Source of the DNA: a virus
Lineage: Duplodnaviria; Caudoviricetes
Virus record (IMG/VR): IMGVR_UViG_3300030330_004210
Location: 1 to 64,000 of that record
Length of the DNA stretch: 64,000 nucleotides
Reading direction: 5' to 3' (one strand)
Shown: one piece after another, positions 34,031 through 42,611 of the stretch
Layout: each line of letters begins with the position of its first letter
How positions within the stretch are numbered: position 1 is the stretch's first letter
The notes under the pieces: model-generated
What the model was told of the DNA's origin: nothing
What the model saw: only the letters and a program-made list of their open reading frames with translations
The model's database searches: none
Translations under genes and position numbers: made by a program

Positions 34031-36687
34031 TCTTCATCGTCTTGGCATCTTCTAGTCTTACCTTGCACGCCTACACGCTCACCATAATTGGCTCCGCTGT
34101 TATCGTGTCGGGCTTCAATTCTAATCTCATAAAGACCATCTTCTAGAATTCCTTCTACAGAGATTATTATGTGATATCCGCCCAGTCCCATCAGATTAGC
34201 CACACTCCTTCCAAGGTGACTTCCCTCCTCCGTTGGTCCTGCATCAGGACTCCCGAGCCTATAAGCTGTATTTCTACTCTTGCTCAAGCCGTATGGAGTA
34301 ATCCATACATACTGACCGGGATAAAAAAACGGTGCCCCAAAAGCTCTTATATCAGCGTTATATACGTTCGATAGCTGAACAAAGGGGTCACCCCCCTTCT
34401 CAAGGTATCTACTTTCTCTAAGGTAAGGCTGGTCTGTTTTAGAAAAGTTGGCTTCCTTGAGTATACCCCTGTCCTCTCCAAACCCAAAATGATGTATGTT
34501 CAGTACTTCCCTGTTGTAGGCACGACGAGAAGTATAGCCAGCCTCAAGCATTTTTTGATGTTGAAATTTTGTTTTCTGTGTGCCCTCCATAAAAATAAAC
34601 ATGTAGTGATACATGTCACCAGTGCTCACGTCATGTCTTAGCTCTATTTTATCTTGGCTGCTTTCTAAAAATTCGTCTAAATTAATCTGAGCATCTGACC
34701 CGCTATAGCCCTGCTGCGCGGCAGCTTCTAAAATTGGATCTTGACCATTAGTTTTTGATGGAATGCTCAAAAAAGCCGTTTTAAAACCATAATTAAACCT
34801 GCTCTTCCCACCATTGTAATATACAGAATTAAGTGATCCTATTAGTAACTCCCTTACTACATCATTAATAAACTGCTGAAGGGGATAAGTGTCTCTTCTT
34901 GTTTTTACTACTTTTTTATACCAAAAATTTCGAAAAGTCGTCCAAGCAATTGGGACGTTAGCAATAGAATAAGATCCATCCGAAAATTCACAATTCCCAA
35001 GCAAAACCTTGACCCTATCTAAATCCGCTTGTGTGATCCCATCTCTCGTCCCTTCCCCTGATGGCTTTTTAGCTCTCCCGATTAAATAATCAAGCAAATC
35101 TCCAAATAAAAAATACGGCACATAATTACCCGGAACCTCTGATTCTCCGTGCCTGCCTTTAACCGTTCTGCCCGTCATCTTGCGTGGTAGATCAATAGCT
35201 TGTTCCCATTTTTGTATTCTTGCGTCTGCTTCTATTGATTCAGTGCTCCAGAGTGCCGGGTTTGCAATGCCGGTTTGGACAAATTGGTCAAAATCTATAG
35301 TCTCTTCATCGACTGTTTCTAAGGCAGGGGTGCTATCCCACAGACTGCCCCCTGTGCCACGGGAGGGCGACCACGGATCTCTACCAGTAGAATCAACTGA
35401 GTTAGGAGTGTTAGCCCAAGCATTTAACGTAACGGCACTAAAAAATTCAGAATATATCCTTTTTTTCTCTGCCATATAAAATGCCATTTTCACAAAAGAT
35501 TGACTTCTTATTTCATCAAAAAACCTGTTAAGCCTGTCTTGTATAAACTTTACCGCTTCGTGATCGCACGAATATTTAGCAGCCTCTAGATCCATTTTTA
35601 ATTGGGATACTATTTGTGGCACTGTTCCGTCAAATATTCTTGAAAGCCCTGTTTGGTCAAGCCATGCTCTCCCCGAAGGTTGCCACCCATATTCGTCAAT
35701 TATTGCATCTAGTCTCAATATATCTAACTGTGGGGAGTCAAGAATAGCTCCCAACCTTGCTCTGTAGTTAAGCTCTAGAGAAAATGTACCGTCTTGCCCA
35801 AAGGAAAAATCATGATCTATCAAAGTCAGAAAAAAAGCCTGACTACAATTTCTAATAGCCTCCTTCTGCTCAAAAGATAGAGTGCTGTTTCCGCTTGGCA
35901 CAGCCCACCCAACCACTACTTTAATCTCAAACTCTATTGGTCCTAAATATTCATTGCGCTGAGGAGCGGCGACAAAATCTGTAACCATGCCTTGGTATTC
36001 TAAAGCTTCAGAAGTTTGCCGCCGTTCATCGTTAACAATTTCTGTTGCATAAGCTGCTGTTCTCCGTGCAATTGGTGAAGTAGTCCCCACGGGCGGCGGC
36101 GTATTTCCTTGCGCCATCAGCTTCCTAGACCTTTCAAACAAATCTAGAAAAGAATATTTTGTTTCGCCATCGGGTGCAAAGCGGTCGCGAAGAAGCTCCG
36201 AGAAGTTTTGGAAATAAAGCGTCAACTTTGCTTGAATATCATTTCGAACAGTGGCAGGGTTTGATCCAACATATTTATATTGGAAATTTTTGATTCCAAC
36301 TCCTTGATCTGTGGTGTCACTTAATAATATGTCTGTGTTGATCTTGCTCGGGATCACAAACTCTATCTCCTTCCCCAAGGAGCCATCTTTATTGTATAGC
36401 TGTTTATAAATTCTTATTTGCGGCACCAGTTGAGATATCTGGTCTGGTGTTAAATCCATAAACTCAAAAGCTCCCGGCACCCATGTTAACTTGTTCATCA
36501 TGGCTGTATCGTTAACCTTTTTACCATATTTCTGTGCCTGTAGTGTCAGCCAGTGTTTTGGATTATACGGTACTATGTTTGCTGCATAAAGTGAGGAATA
36601 TACTTTTACAAGCAGTGCTTGCTCAATGGCAAACTGTGCTGAAGCTTCAGCTTGGTTGAAAAGAGTAGTCGCTGGTTTTCCAGACAT
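34027..36687 (-). CDS. Large baseplate hub-like structural protein
   Basis: Position after the LysM-like gene; C-terminal YNADIRAFGAPFFYPGQY...LGGYHII hub-type pattern. Confidence 0.5.
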   Translation of the reverse strand: MSGKPATTLFNQAEASAQFAIEQALLVKVYSSLYAANIVPYNPKHWLTLQAQKYGKKVNDTAMMNKLTWVPGAFEFMDLTPDQISQLVPQIRIYKQLYNKDGSLGKEIEFVIPSKINTDILLSDTTDQGVGIKNFQYKYVGSNPATVRNDIQAKLTLYFQNFSELLRDRFAPDGETKYSFLDLFERSRKLMAQGNTPPPVGTTSPIARRTAAYATEIVNDERRQTSEALEYQGMVTDFVAAPQRNEYLGPIEFEIKVVVGWAVPSGNSTLSFEQKEAIRNCSQAFFLTLIDHDFSFGQDGTFSLELNYRARLGAILDSPQLDILRLDAIIDEYGWQPSGRAWLDQTGLSRIFDGTVPQIVSQLKMDLEAAKYSCDHEAVKFIQDRLNRFFDEIRSQSFVKMAFYMAEKKRIYSEFFSAVTLNAWANTPNSVDSTGRDPWSPSRGTGGSLWDSTPALETVDEETIDFDQFVQTGIANPALWSTESIEADARIQKWEQAIDLPRKMTGRTVKGRHGESEVPGNYVPYFLFGDLLDYLIGRAKKPSGEGTRDGITQADLDRVKVLLGNCEFSDGSYSIANVPIAWTTFRNFWYKKVVKTRRDTYPLQQFINDVVRELLIGSLNSVYYNGGKSRFNYGFKTAFLSIPSKTNGQDPILEAAAQQGYSGSDAQINLDEFLESSQDKIELRHDVSTGDMYHYMFIFMEGTQKTKFQHQKMLEAGYTSRRAYNREVLNIHHFGFGEDRGILKEANFSKTDQPYLRESRYLEKGGDPFVQLSNVYNADIRAFGAPFFYPGQYVWITPYGLSKSRNTAYRLGSPDAGPTEEGSHLGRSVANLMGLGGYHIIISVEGILEDGLYEIRIEARHDNSGANYGERVGVQGKTRRCQDDED

Positions 36688-36690
36688 TTA

Positions 36691-37029
36691 CTATATCTCC
36701 ATAAACTCTAAGATACGCTCTAGGGGCATTGGGATACGAATAGTGTCACCCACCTTTGCGAGAGCATCTGTTGGCTTTCTATTATACCAAGCAAGAACCC
36801 ACCAATACCTTGGGTCTCCATAATAAACCTCTGCTAGTTTCTGAAACGAGTCGCCGATCTTCCAAATATGCTTTTCTCTCATTAGTTGCGAACGCATTTC
36901 TGGTGTTATGTTTGGAAGCTCTGGGGTTGTGTATTGAACGACCCTTTTAACACCACGGTCTTCAAGGACATTTTCATAAAGTTCTTCTTGGTTTGTCCTT
37001 CGTGCTCGTCTTTGGTATCTTTGTGGCAT
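36691..37029 (-). CDS. LysM-like baseplate wedge protein (gp53/tail X-like)
   Basis: HIWKIGDSFQKLAEVYYGDPRYWWVLAWYN...GDTIRIP. Confidence 0.8.
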   Translation of the reverse strand: MPQRYQRRARRTNQEELYENVLEDRGVKRVVQYTTPELPNITPEMRSQLMREKHIWKIGDSFQKLAEVYYGDPRYWWVLAWYNRKPTDALAKVGDTIRIPMPLERILEFMEI

Positions 37030-37985
37030 TATTCTACTACCTCAGATTCATCAGCTTGTGCGTCTGGGTTATCATCGCCTTGAGCCAGATTGTTGATTCC
37101 AAGAGATGCGTCACCAATTGCTGAAAATCTAGCCGTATCGGGGTTATTTTGAAAATCTCCTCCACCTGTGAAGAAATTATCCTGATCAGTTCCACTAGGT
37201 ATCTGATATGGAAAGAAGCCGTCATTTGCTTTATCAATCCACTCTTTATCGTCACCCCAGCCAAGTTGTCTTTCGTGAAGAACGGTAAAGTCACAGCTTA
37301 ACTTTATAACTTTTGGAGCAATTGACGGCTCAAATCCGGCTCCAACAAACTCCATGTAACTCTCGGGTGCAGAAAATGGATCTGCACCGGATGGTAACCC
37401 CGGAGCGCGAAGCCCACCATCAAAAAAGCCAGCTTCTATATCAGGCGCAAAGGACATACCACCCAAGTAGCCCAAAAGACCATTCTCGACAAGGCTGTCA
37501 CCTCTGCTTCTAGCTATCATGTTTGCAAATTTCATTCTAATGATTGGTGCTTGTGAGATAGAGTTTGCATTATCGTTCATTGAGTAATTTGGGTATAAGA
37601 ACTTTAAAAGACCTTGGCACTTGACCAAGTTCATGTATCCTGAATTGTACGAGTCAGCGGGTATGTCCCATCCAACACTTATCCTTCTGCCTGTTCTCTG
37701 AAATGTTGGAATAGGGTCCATCCTACCGTACACATTTTCTTCGTTCCATTCTGATGTGAACTGGTCGGAGAAGTCTGTTACAAAAGCCATAAAGTATGTT
37801 GTTTTCCCACTTGGAACGTGAAGAAAGCCTAATTGCGTTGCGCTACCCCTACTTGAATAACTAAGGGCTGGGTCTTGATAAGCTGGAGTTGTTCCGAAGT
37901 TAAAGACGCCTTGCGCTCCCGTTTCCTCTTTCGGGACACCAAGTGCTTCCTCTTCTTTGCTTTTCTTCTTGCCAAACAAGCCCAT
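37029..37985 (-). CDS. Baseplate tube-initiator-like protein
   Basis: FSDQFTSEWNEENVYGRMDPI.TFQRTGR; position after tape measure. Confidence 0.6.
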   Translation of the reverse strand: MGLFGKKKSKEEEALGVPKEETGAQGVFNFGTTPAYQDPALSYSSRGSATQLGFLHVPSGKTTYFMAFVTDFSDQFTSEWNEENVYGRMDPIPTFQRTGRRISVGWDIPADSYNSGYMNLVKCQGLLKFLYPNYSMNDNANSISQAPIIRMKFANMIARSRGDSLVENGLLGYLGGMSFAPDIEAGFFDGGLRAPGLPSGADPFSAPESYMEFVGAGFEPSIAPKVIKLSCDFTVLHERQLGWGDDKEWIDKANDGFFPYQIPSGTDQDNFFTGGGDFQNNPDTARFSAIGDASLGINNLAQGDDNPDAQADESEVVE

Positions 37986-38029
37986 AAGTCTTTTCTCCTG
38001 TTATAAATAGGGGAATACACAAGTTTTAA

Positions 38030-40405
38030 CTACAGCCTACCTCTAGGTGTTTTTGCGCCGGGTGTAACGTCGCCTATCTTAATATAGCGACTATCACCCT
38101 CTTTCTGAACAATCGCTTTAAGGAATTCGCTTACTTCTCCCTCGATTCTAACATTGACATTGGTGGTGCCACCATCGTCACCGCCGCCGCCAACAGCAGC
38201 AGCAGTGGCAGCGAATACCGCAGCCGCAGGCGTCATACCAACAGCAGCGGTTGCCGTCATGGCTGTGGTGTAGGTTACCATCTTTGGAATGCTTAGGTTC
38301 TCAAAGATCTCTCCAATAATCATAAGGTCGTCTGCCGTGTTAGCTAGATCACCAATTGATGAGATGAGCATAGCCATGCCTGCTGCTGCAACGCCGATTC
38401 CTGCCCCTATCAGGGCAACAGCACCGCCAATTGATAGTATAACACCTATAGCCGCTCCAGTCAGTGCTGCTTGAGGACCTGCGACAAGCCCAATAAGCAT
38501 TGATATAAAGACGCCAAAAGCGACACTAAACGCAACAATTCCAGCCGTTGCTGCAAGTAGTTGCTCACCGGAGAGATCTGCGAATGCTTTAACAAATTGT
38601 GCCATGCCAAGAGCAGCTATGGAAATGCCTCCTCCAATTAACAATATAGCGCCACCAATAGCCATTAGTGATGGACCAGCACCTTTGGAATTTTCAGACA
38701 TTTCTTTTACGACATCACCAAACTTTTCAATTGATTCGTCCGACATGTTGTCAAGAGTTTCAGATAGTTTTTCTAGGCTCTCCCCTACGCTCTTAATTGG
38801 GGAGACAACAGTTTCGATGCCTTTTCTCACCAGCTTAAATGTTACAACCGAAGTAATCGCAAAAACTGCAAGGGTTGACAACATTGTGCCAGTTGGTCCA
38901 AGAAATTCGGCGATTTCCTGCATAATGTTTAGTGCGCCAGTAGCTACCTCGATTAAAGGTCTAAAGTTAGCCGTAAACGCAAGTCTTGTTGCCTCTAACT
39001 CATCTGCAAAGCTTTGTGTAAACTCTGTTGCTTCTTTCAGTTCTTCTAGCTGTTTTGCAGTTGCGGCTGAAGCTCCACCAAGACCGTCCATCTCCCCACT
39101 CATGAGAGCGGCAAGCTGACCAGCATCCTCAAGACCAGCAGCCGCAGCGACTGCACGCCTCATAGCCGGGTTCATGTCCTCAAAAGATAGACCCGCATCC
39201 AAAACAGCATTTCTAACTTCTTGCAGTGCTGCTGCTGGGTCTTCCAAGCTAAGGGTAACCATATCAATTGTGTTAAGGAAAGGACCGCCAAGAAGCGCAT
39301 TAAGCTTTCCTACATTGTCCGCTGCGCCCTCGAAAGTTGTAAACTGTTCTGTAATCGAGAGCAGGCTCTGCAACTCAATGCCAGTTTTCTTTGCTGCCTC
39401 ACGAAGATCTATAAAGGCATCGACCGCATTCTCTCCAAAGGAAGCAAAACTTGCCCCAGCGGCTGAAAAGTCTGCTGCCATTTGCTGGGGTGCGACACCC
39501 ATTGCCTGTGCTGCCGTAAGAAGTCTTCGGGATGTCTCTTCAGCCTCAAAGGCATTCATGTTGAGACTTGTGGTCATAATCTGTAGGTTTTGCGCGGATA
39601 CATCCGAGCTTACGCCCAACTCATTTAGCACAGAGACGGTGCCAGCAATAGCAGATTGCTGTGAAGCAGACATATCTGTAAACTTGGAAGTGGTCGTGAT
39701 TAAATTCTGATATGCCTCGAAGGCTTCCTCGACACTTACACCGGCATCCTGATTCGCCCGGACAGTTTTCATAATGGCGTCGTCGTATTTTTCGCCCATC
39801 CCCGTGGCTCTAGCGAAGCTAGCGGCTTGCTCGTCTATTGCTACACCAAGAGCAAACGAAGAGAGAATATAAGCCGCCATCATGTTCTCGTTGAGAGCCA
39901 TAACGTTTGTTGCCATTTGGCTAACAGTCATCTGCTCCTGAAGCTTGCCTACAACATCGGAAATGCCACCCGAGAGGGAACCAGCTTTTACGGTCGCCGC
40001 AGCCAAAGAGCCACCAAAAGTATCCATAAAATCTACGTTTCCGCCGACTATGGGTATCATGCCTGATAGTTGGATGGCTAGATTTTCTGCCGCATTGGCT
40101 ACCTTCTCTTCTTTCTCTTGAAGTTCAGTTAGTGCGTCACCATAAGCCTTGGACTTTCTAGTGGCTTTAGCAAGCTCTTTTCGGAGTTCGACTATTTTCT
40201 CAACGTTGCCGCTTGATGCTTCCTCAAATGCTATGGCTGCTTTCAGGGCTGCTTCTTGGGCATCGGCATAATTCGCTAACGTTTCAGCAGAAGCTTTGCG
40301 TTCATCGTTAAGGTTTTTTTCGTCCTCAACTAGCTGCTTTAGCCGTTCGGCTAGCTGCTCGCTTACTTCTTTTTGTCTTTCTAGCCTATCTAATCTATCA
40401 GACAT
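38030..40405 (-). CDS. Tail tape measure protein
   Basis: Long Ala/Gly-rich helical protein with hydrophobic C-terminal repeats, downstream of tube and chaperone genes. Confidence 0.8.
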   Translation of the reverse strand: MSDRLDRLERQKEVSEQLAERLKQLVEDEKNLNDERKASAETLANYADAQEAALKAAIAFEEASSGNVEKIVELRKELAKATRKSKAYGDALTELQEKEEKVANAAENLAIQLSGMIPIVGGNVDFMDTFGGSLAAATVKAGSLSGGISDVVGKLQEQMTVSQMATNVMALNENMMAAYILSSFALGVAIDEQAASFARATGMGEKYDDAIMKTVRANQDAGVSVEEAFEAYQNLITTTSKFTDMSASQQSAIAGTVSVLNELGVSSDVSAQNLQIMTTSLNMNAFEAEETSRRLLTAAQAMGVAPQQMAADFSAAGASFASFGENAVDAFIDLREAAKKTGIELQSLLSITEQFTTFEGAADNVGKLNALLGGPFLNTIDMVTLSLEDPAAALQEVRNAVLDAGLSFEDMNPAMRRAVAAAAGLEDAGQLAALMSGEMDGLGGASAATAKQLEELKEATEFTQSFADELEATRLAFTANFRPLIEVATGALNIMQEIAEFLGPTGTMLSTLAVFAITSVVTFKLVRKGIETVVSPIKSVGESLEKLSETLDNMSDESIEKFGDVVKEMSENSKGAGPSLMAIGGAILLIGGGISIAALGMAQFVKAFADLSGEQLLAATAGIVAFSVAFGVFISMLIGLVAGPQAALTGAAIGVILSIGGAVALIGAGIGVAAAGMAMLISSIGDLANTADDLMIIGEIFENLSIPKMVTYTTAMTATAAVGMTPAAAVFAATAAAVGGGGDDGGTTNVNVRIEGEVSEFLKAIVQKEGDSRYIKIGDVTPGAKTPRGRL

Positions 40406-40417
40406 TTACAGGGTTTC

Positions 40418-40768
40418 CTATTTGAACGGCCACTTAATGCCCGTAGTCCTTTCAAAAGCCTTAACAGCTTTGTTAAGCTTTGCCTTGTTGGAGGTGACCT
40501 TTGGATCGTCAAGTCCATGCTTTCTGACGGCTTCAATGTATTTCTTCTCGCCACCAAGAGCTTTGGCAAAAGCACTAACCTCTGCCCTTGTGCCTCGCAC
40601 CTTTATTGTAGTGGGGGCAAAAAAAGACTTCCCGCCCTGACCAAATATTCTATTCAGGATTAACTTGACCGAGTTACCGAAAGCTGCCAAAAAGGACTCA
40701 TTAAGTTGATTATTCCTCAATTCAGCAAAATCTACAACAATATTGTCTAGCTTGTCTTCATTCAGCAT
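40418..40768 (-). CDS. Hypothetical protein
   Basis: Own CTATTTA motif; LNE motifs; C-terminal FERTTGIKWPFK. Confidence 0.6.
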   Translation of the reverse strand: MLNEDKLDNIVVDFAELRNNQLNESFLAAFGNSVKLILNRIFGQGGKSFFAPTTIKVRGTRAEVSAFAKALGGEKKYIEAVRKHGLDDPKVTSNKAKLNKAVKAFERTTGIKWPFK

Positions 40769-40814
40769 TTATAAGTCTCTCCTTCTAAGCCCCTCACCAT
40801 ATAAATAGTTCGCC

Positions 40815-40848
40815 AACAAAGAAAGGTCGAAGCTTTCGCATTCGACCC
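40815..40848 (-). terminator. Intrinsic terminator after the tail chaperone extension
   Basis: GGGUCGAA-U-GC-GAAA-GC-UUCGACCU followed by UUCUUUGUU. Confidence 0.75.
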
Positions 40849-41076
40849 TTACCTTGGGGGTGGTGATGGAGGCGATCCTCCACCTTTACTTTTCCCGGTT
40901 GCCTTTTCCATCTGTTCTTGTTCGTTTTTAAGCTGTTTTTCAAGCCTTTTCAAGAACCAGTAGCGAATCTGAACCGGAAGATTGTAAGCTTCGTAAAAAC
41001 TCCAGCCGCCATGGTACTTAAGCAAGAAAAACTGCTCATATACGCTCTCAATGTATTTATCACTGAGTCCAAAAAA
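40849..41076 (-). CDS. Frameshift extension of the tail assembly chaperone (gpGT-like), not in the ORF track
   Basis: Frame FFGLSDKYIESVYEQFFLLKYHGGWSFYEAYNLPVQIRYWFLKRL...PPPR* has no early ATG/GTG and is entered at the T7 run 41071-41077. Confidence 0.75.
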   Translation of the reverse strand, partial: FFGLSDKYIESVYEQFFLLKYHGGWSFYEAYNLPVQIRYWFLKRLEKQLKNEQEQMEKATGKSKGGGSPPSPPPR

Positions 41077-41911
41077 ATTTGGCTGTCAAGGGCACCGCCA
41101 TTTCGGTTTCCGCACCGCATGACGAACAAACAAACTCTTGAGTAAGGTCTATATTCGGCATAACTTTGCGATATGCCTGACGAAGATACCTAGTATCTCT
41201 TGCTGGGGCGTTGGTAATGAACGATTCCCTGTATGCGCCATCCGTATTTCCGTTAACGGACACAATAAGACGACGCAACTGGTCGGTTGTGGACGTAGAG
41301 GGCAGCTTTTTAGCCTTTCTGTTGGCTGCAAGCTGTGTTAGATACTTCTCATCCACCCCATACATAGGTCTCATCTCTACCTGTGCTTTTAAAGACGGCG
41401 TTGTGATGACAAAAGTATTATTTTCTGTCTTCTCAATGTTAAAATCGCCATAATCCTGACCATCTTGAATTGTTGCCTTCTCTAAATCAAAAGTATATTC
41501 AGTGCGAGCACCACAAGAAGGGCAGCTAACGCCCACCTCATAGTCATTACCATACCCACTGATGCGGGCTGCAATGATGATAGCGTTCTTATCGCCAACA
41601 GCAAGCTCTTCTACCTTAATTCTCTTATCCAGAATGACACTTTGGATCATTCTGTCAATTGCAATGCCCTTCTTTAAAAGAGCCTCGGACGTTAGGATGT
41701 CCTCTTCCTTCGCTGTCATAAAGCGAATCTCGATTTGCTCACACCCGTGAAGAGGATGACCCTCTGGATACAGAGTACCCTTTGAGGGAAGATCCACAAA
41801 GGTTGTCGGCGTGGAGAAAGCCATCGCCGGGTTGGGTGGAGCTTCGCCAATTGGGGCATTCGACACTTGCGTGTGTGGAGCGCCCAAGCGATCTCCGTTA
41901 TTTCTAGCCAT
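41060..41911 (-). CDS. Tail/baseplate assembly chaperone (gp26-like)
   Basis: VDLPSKG..YP, MTAKEEDILT, GDKNAI..AARI.GYG, two CxxC pairs, C-terminal FFW. Confidence 0.75.
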   Translation of the reverse strand: MARNNGDRLGAPHTQVSNAPIGEAPPNPAMAFSTPTTFVDLPSKGTLYPEGHPLHGCEQIEIRFMTAKEEDILTSEALLKKGIAIDRMIQSVILDKRIKVEELAVGDKNAIIIAARISGYGNDYEVGVSCPSCGARTEYTFDLEKATIQDGQDYGDFNIEKTENNTFVITTPSLKAQVEMRPMYGVDEKYLTQLAANRKAKKLPSTSTTDQLRRLIVSVNGNTDGAYRESFITNAPARDTRYLRQAYRKVMPNIDLTQEFVCSSCGAETEMAVPLTAKFFWTQ

Positions 41912-41940
41912 TTACACCTCTAGTAAAAATTTATATTCTC

Positions 41941-42552
41941 TTATGGAGTGGTGGTTCCCGGCTTGAAGTAAGTATCCTCTTCAAGCGTCGTGTTGGTTCC
42001 AACAATCTCATTAGTAATTGGACCGACAGGAGAGCCGTCAGGAACTTCAAGATAAGCCCAGTCGTATCGAACAGAAAGCTCAATTGAGGACATATCATCA
42101 CTGTCATAAGCAAGATCAGAGAACTTAGCTCCAGTAAGGAAAGCATTCCAAAGAGTCCAAGTCTCAATCGGCTCGTTGAGAGAATCGACCTGTTGTATCT
42201 TCAAACCACCGAGCGCCGAAACAGCAGCCGCCTTCGAAGTAGTTGTACCGTAGGAAGCAGCCGTAAGGAGAGATGGGTCATAGCCAGAAGCCTTAACAAT
42301 CGCCAAAGTAGAGTTTGCTGCATCTGGGCTAACGGGATCAACCAACGTAAGGGTAATCTCACTCCACTCTGTACGGGTGGGGTAGTAGAACGTGTGGTTA
42401 AGGAACTTATGCTCCGTGGTGCCAATCGTAAAACTGGGCTTCGTAACGCTCTTAGCGTACCACTGTGCGCCGTTCTCCATGGTCCCTATAGTAATTAGAA
42501 ACCTATATGCTCTCTTCGGATCTTGTAATGTTGCGTCTGTCCAGAAACCCAT
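41941..42552 (-). CDS. Tail tube protein (gp19-like)
   Basis: DPKRAYRF, WSEITLTLVDP, ETWTLWNAF, LSVRYDWA; follows the sheath gene. Confidence 0.85.
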   Translation of the reverse strand: MGFWTDATLQDPKRAYRFLITIGTMENGAQWYAKSVTKPSFTIGTTEHKFLNHTFYYPTRTEWSEITLTLVDPVSPDAANSTLAIVKASGYDPSLLTAASYGTTTSKAAAVSALGGLKIQQVDSLNEPIETWTLWNAFLTGAKFSDLAYDSDDMSSIELSVRYDWAYLEVPDGSPVGPITNEIVGTNTTLEEDTYFKPGTTTP

Positions 42553-42575
42553 TGTTTGTATTCTCCCTTATGTAT

Positions 42576-42583
42576 TAAATAGT
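42576..42583 (-). promoter_or_regulatory. Putative late promoter ACTATTTA (tail tube); representative of 14 sites
   Basis: Same motif 15-60 bp upstream of many structural genes. Confidence 0.65.
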
Positions 42584-42611
42584 CGGGGTAAAGTAAATTA
42601 CCCCTTTTTTT

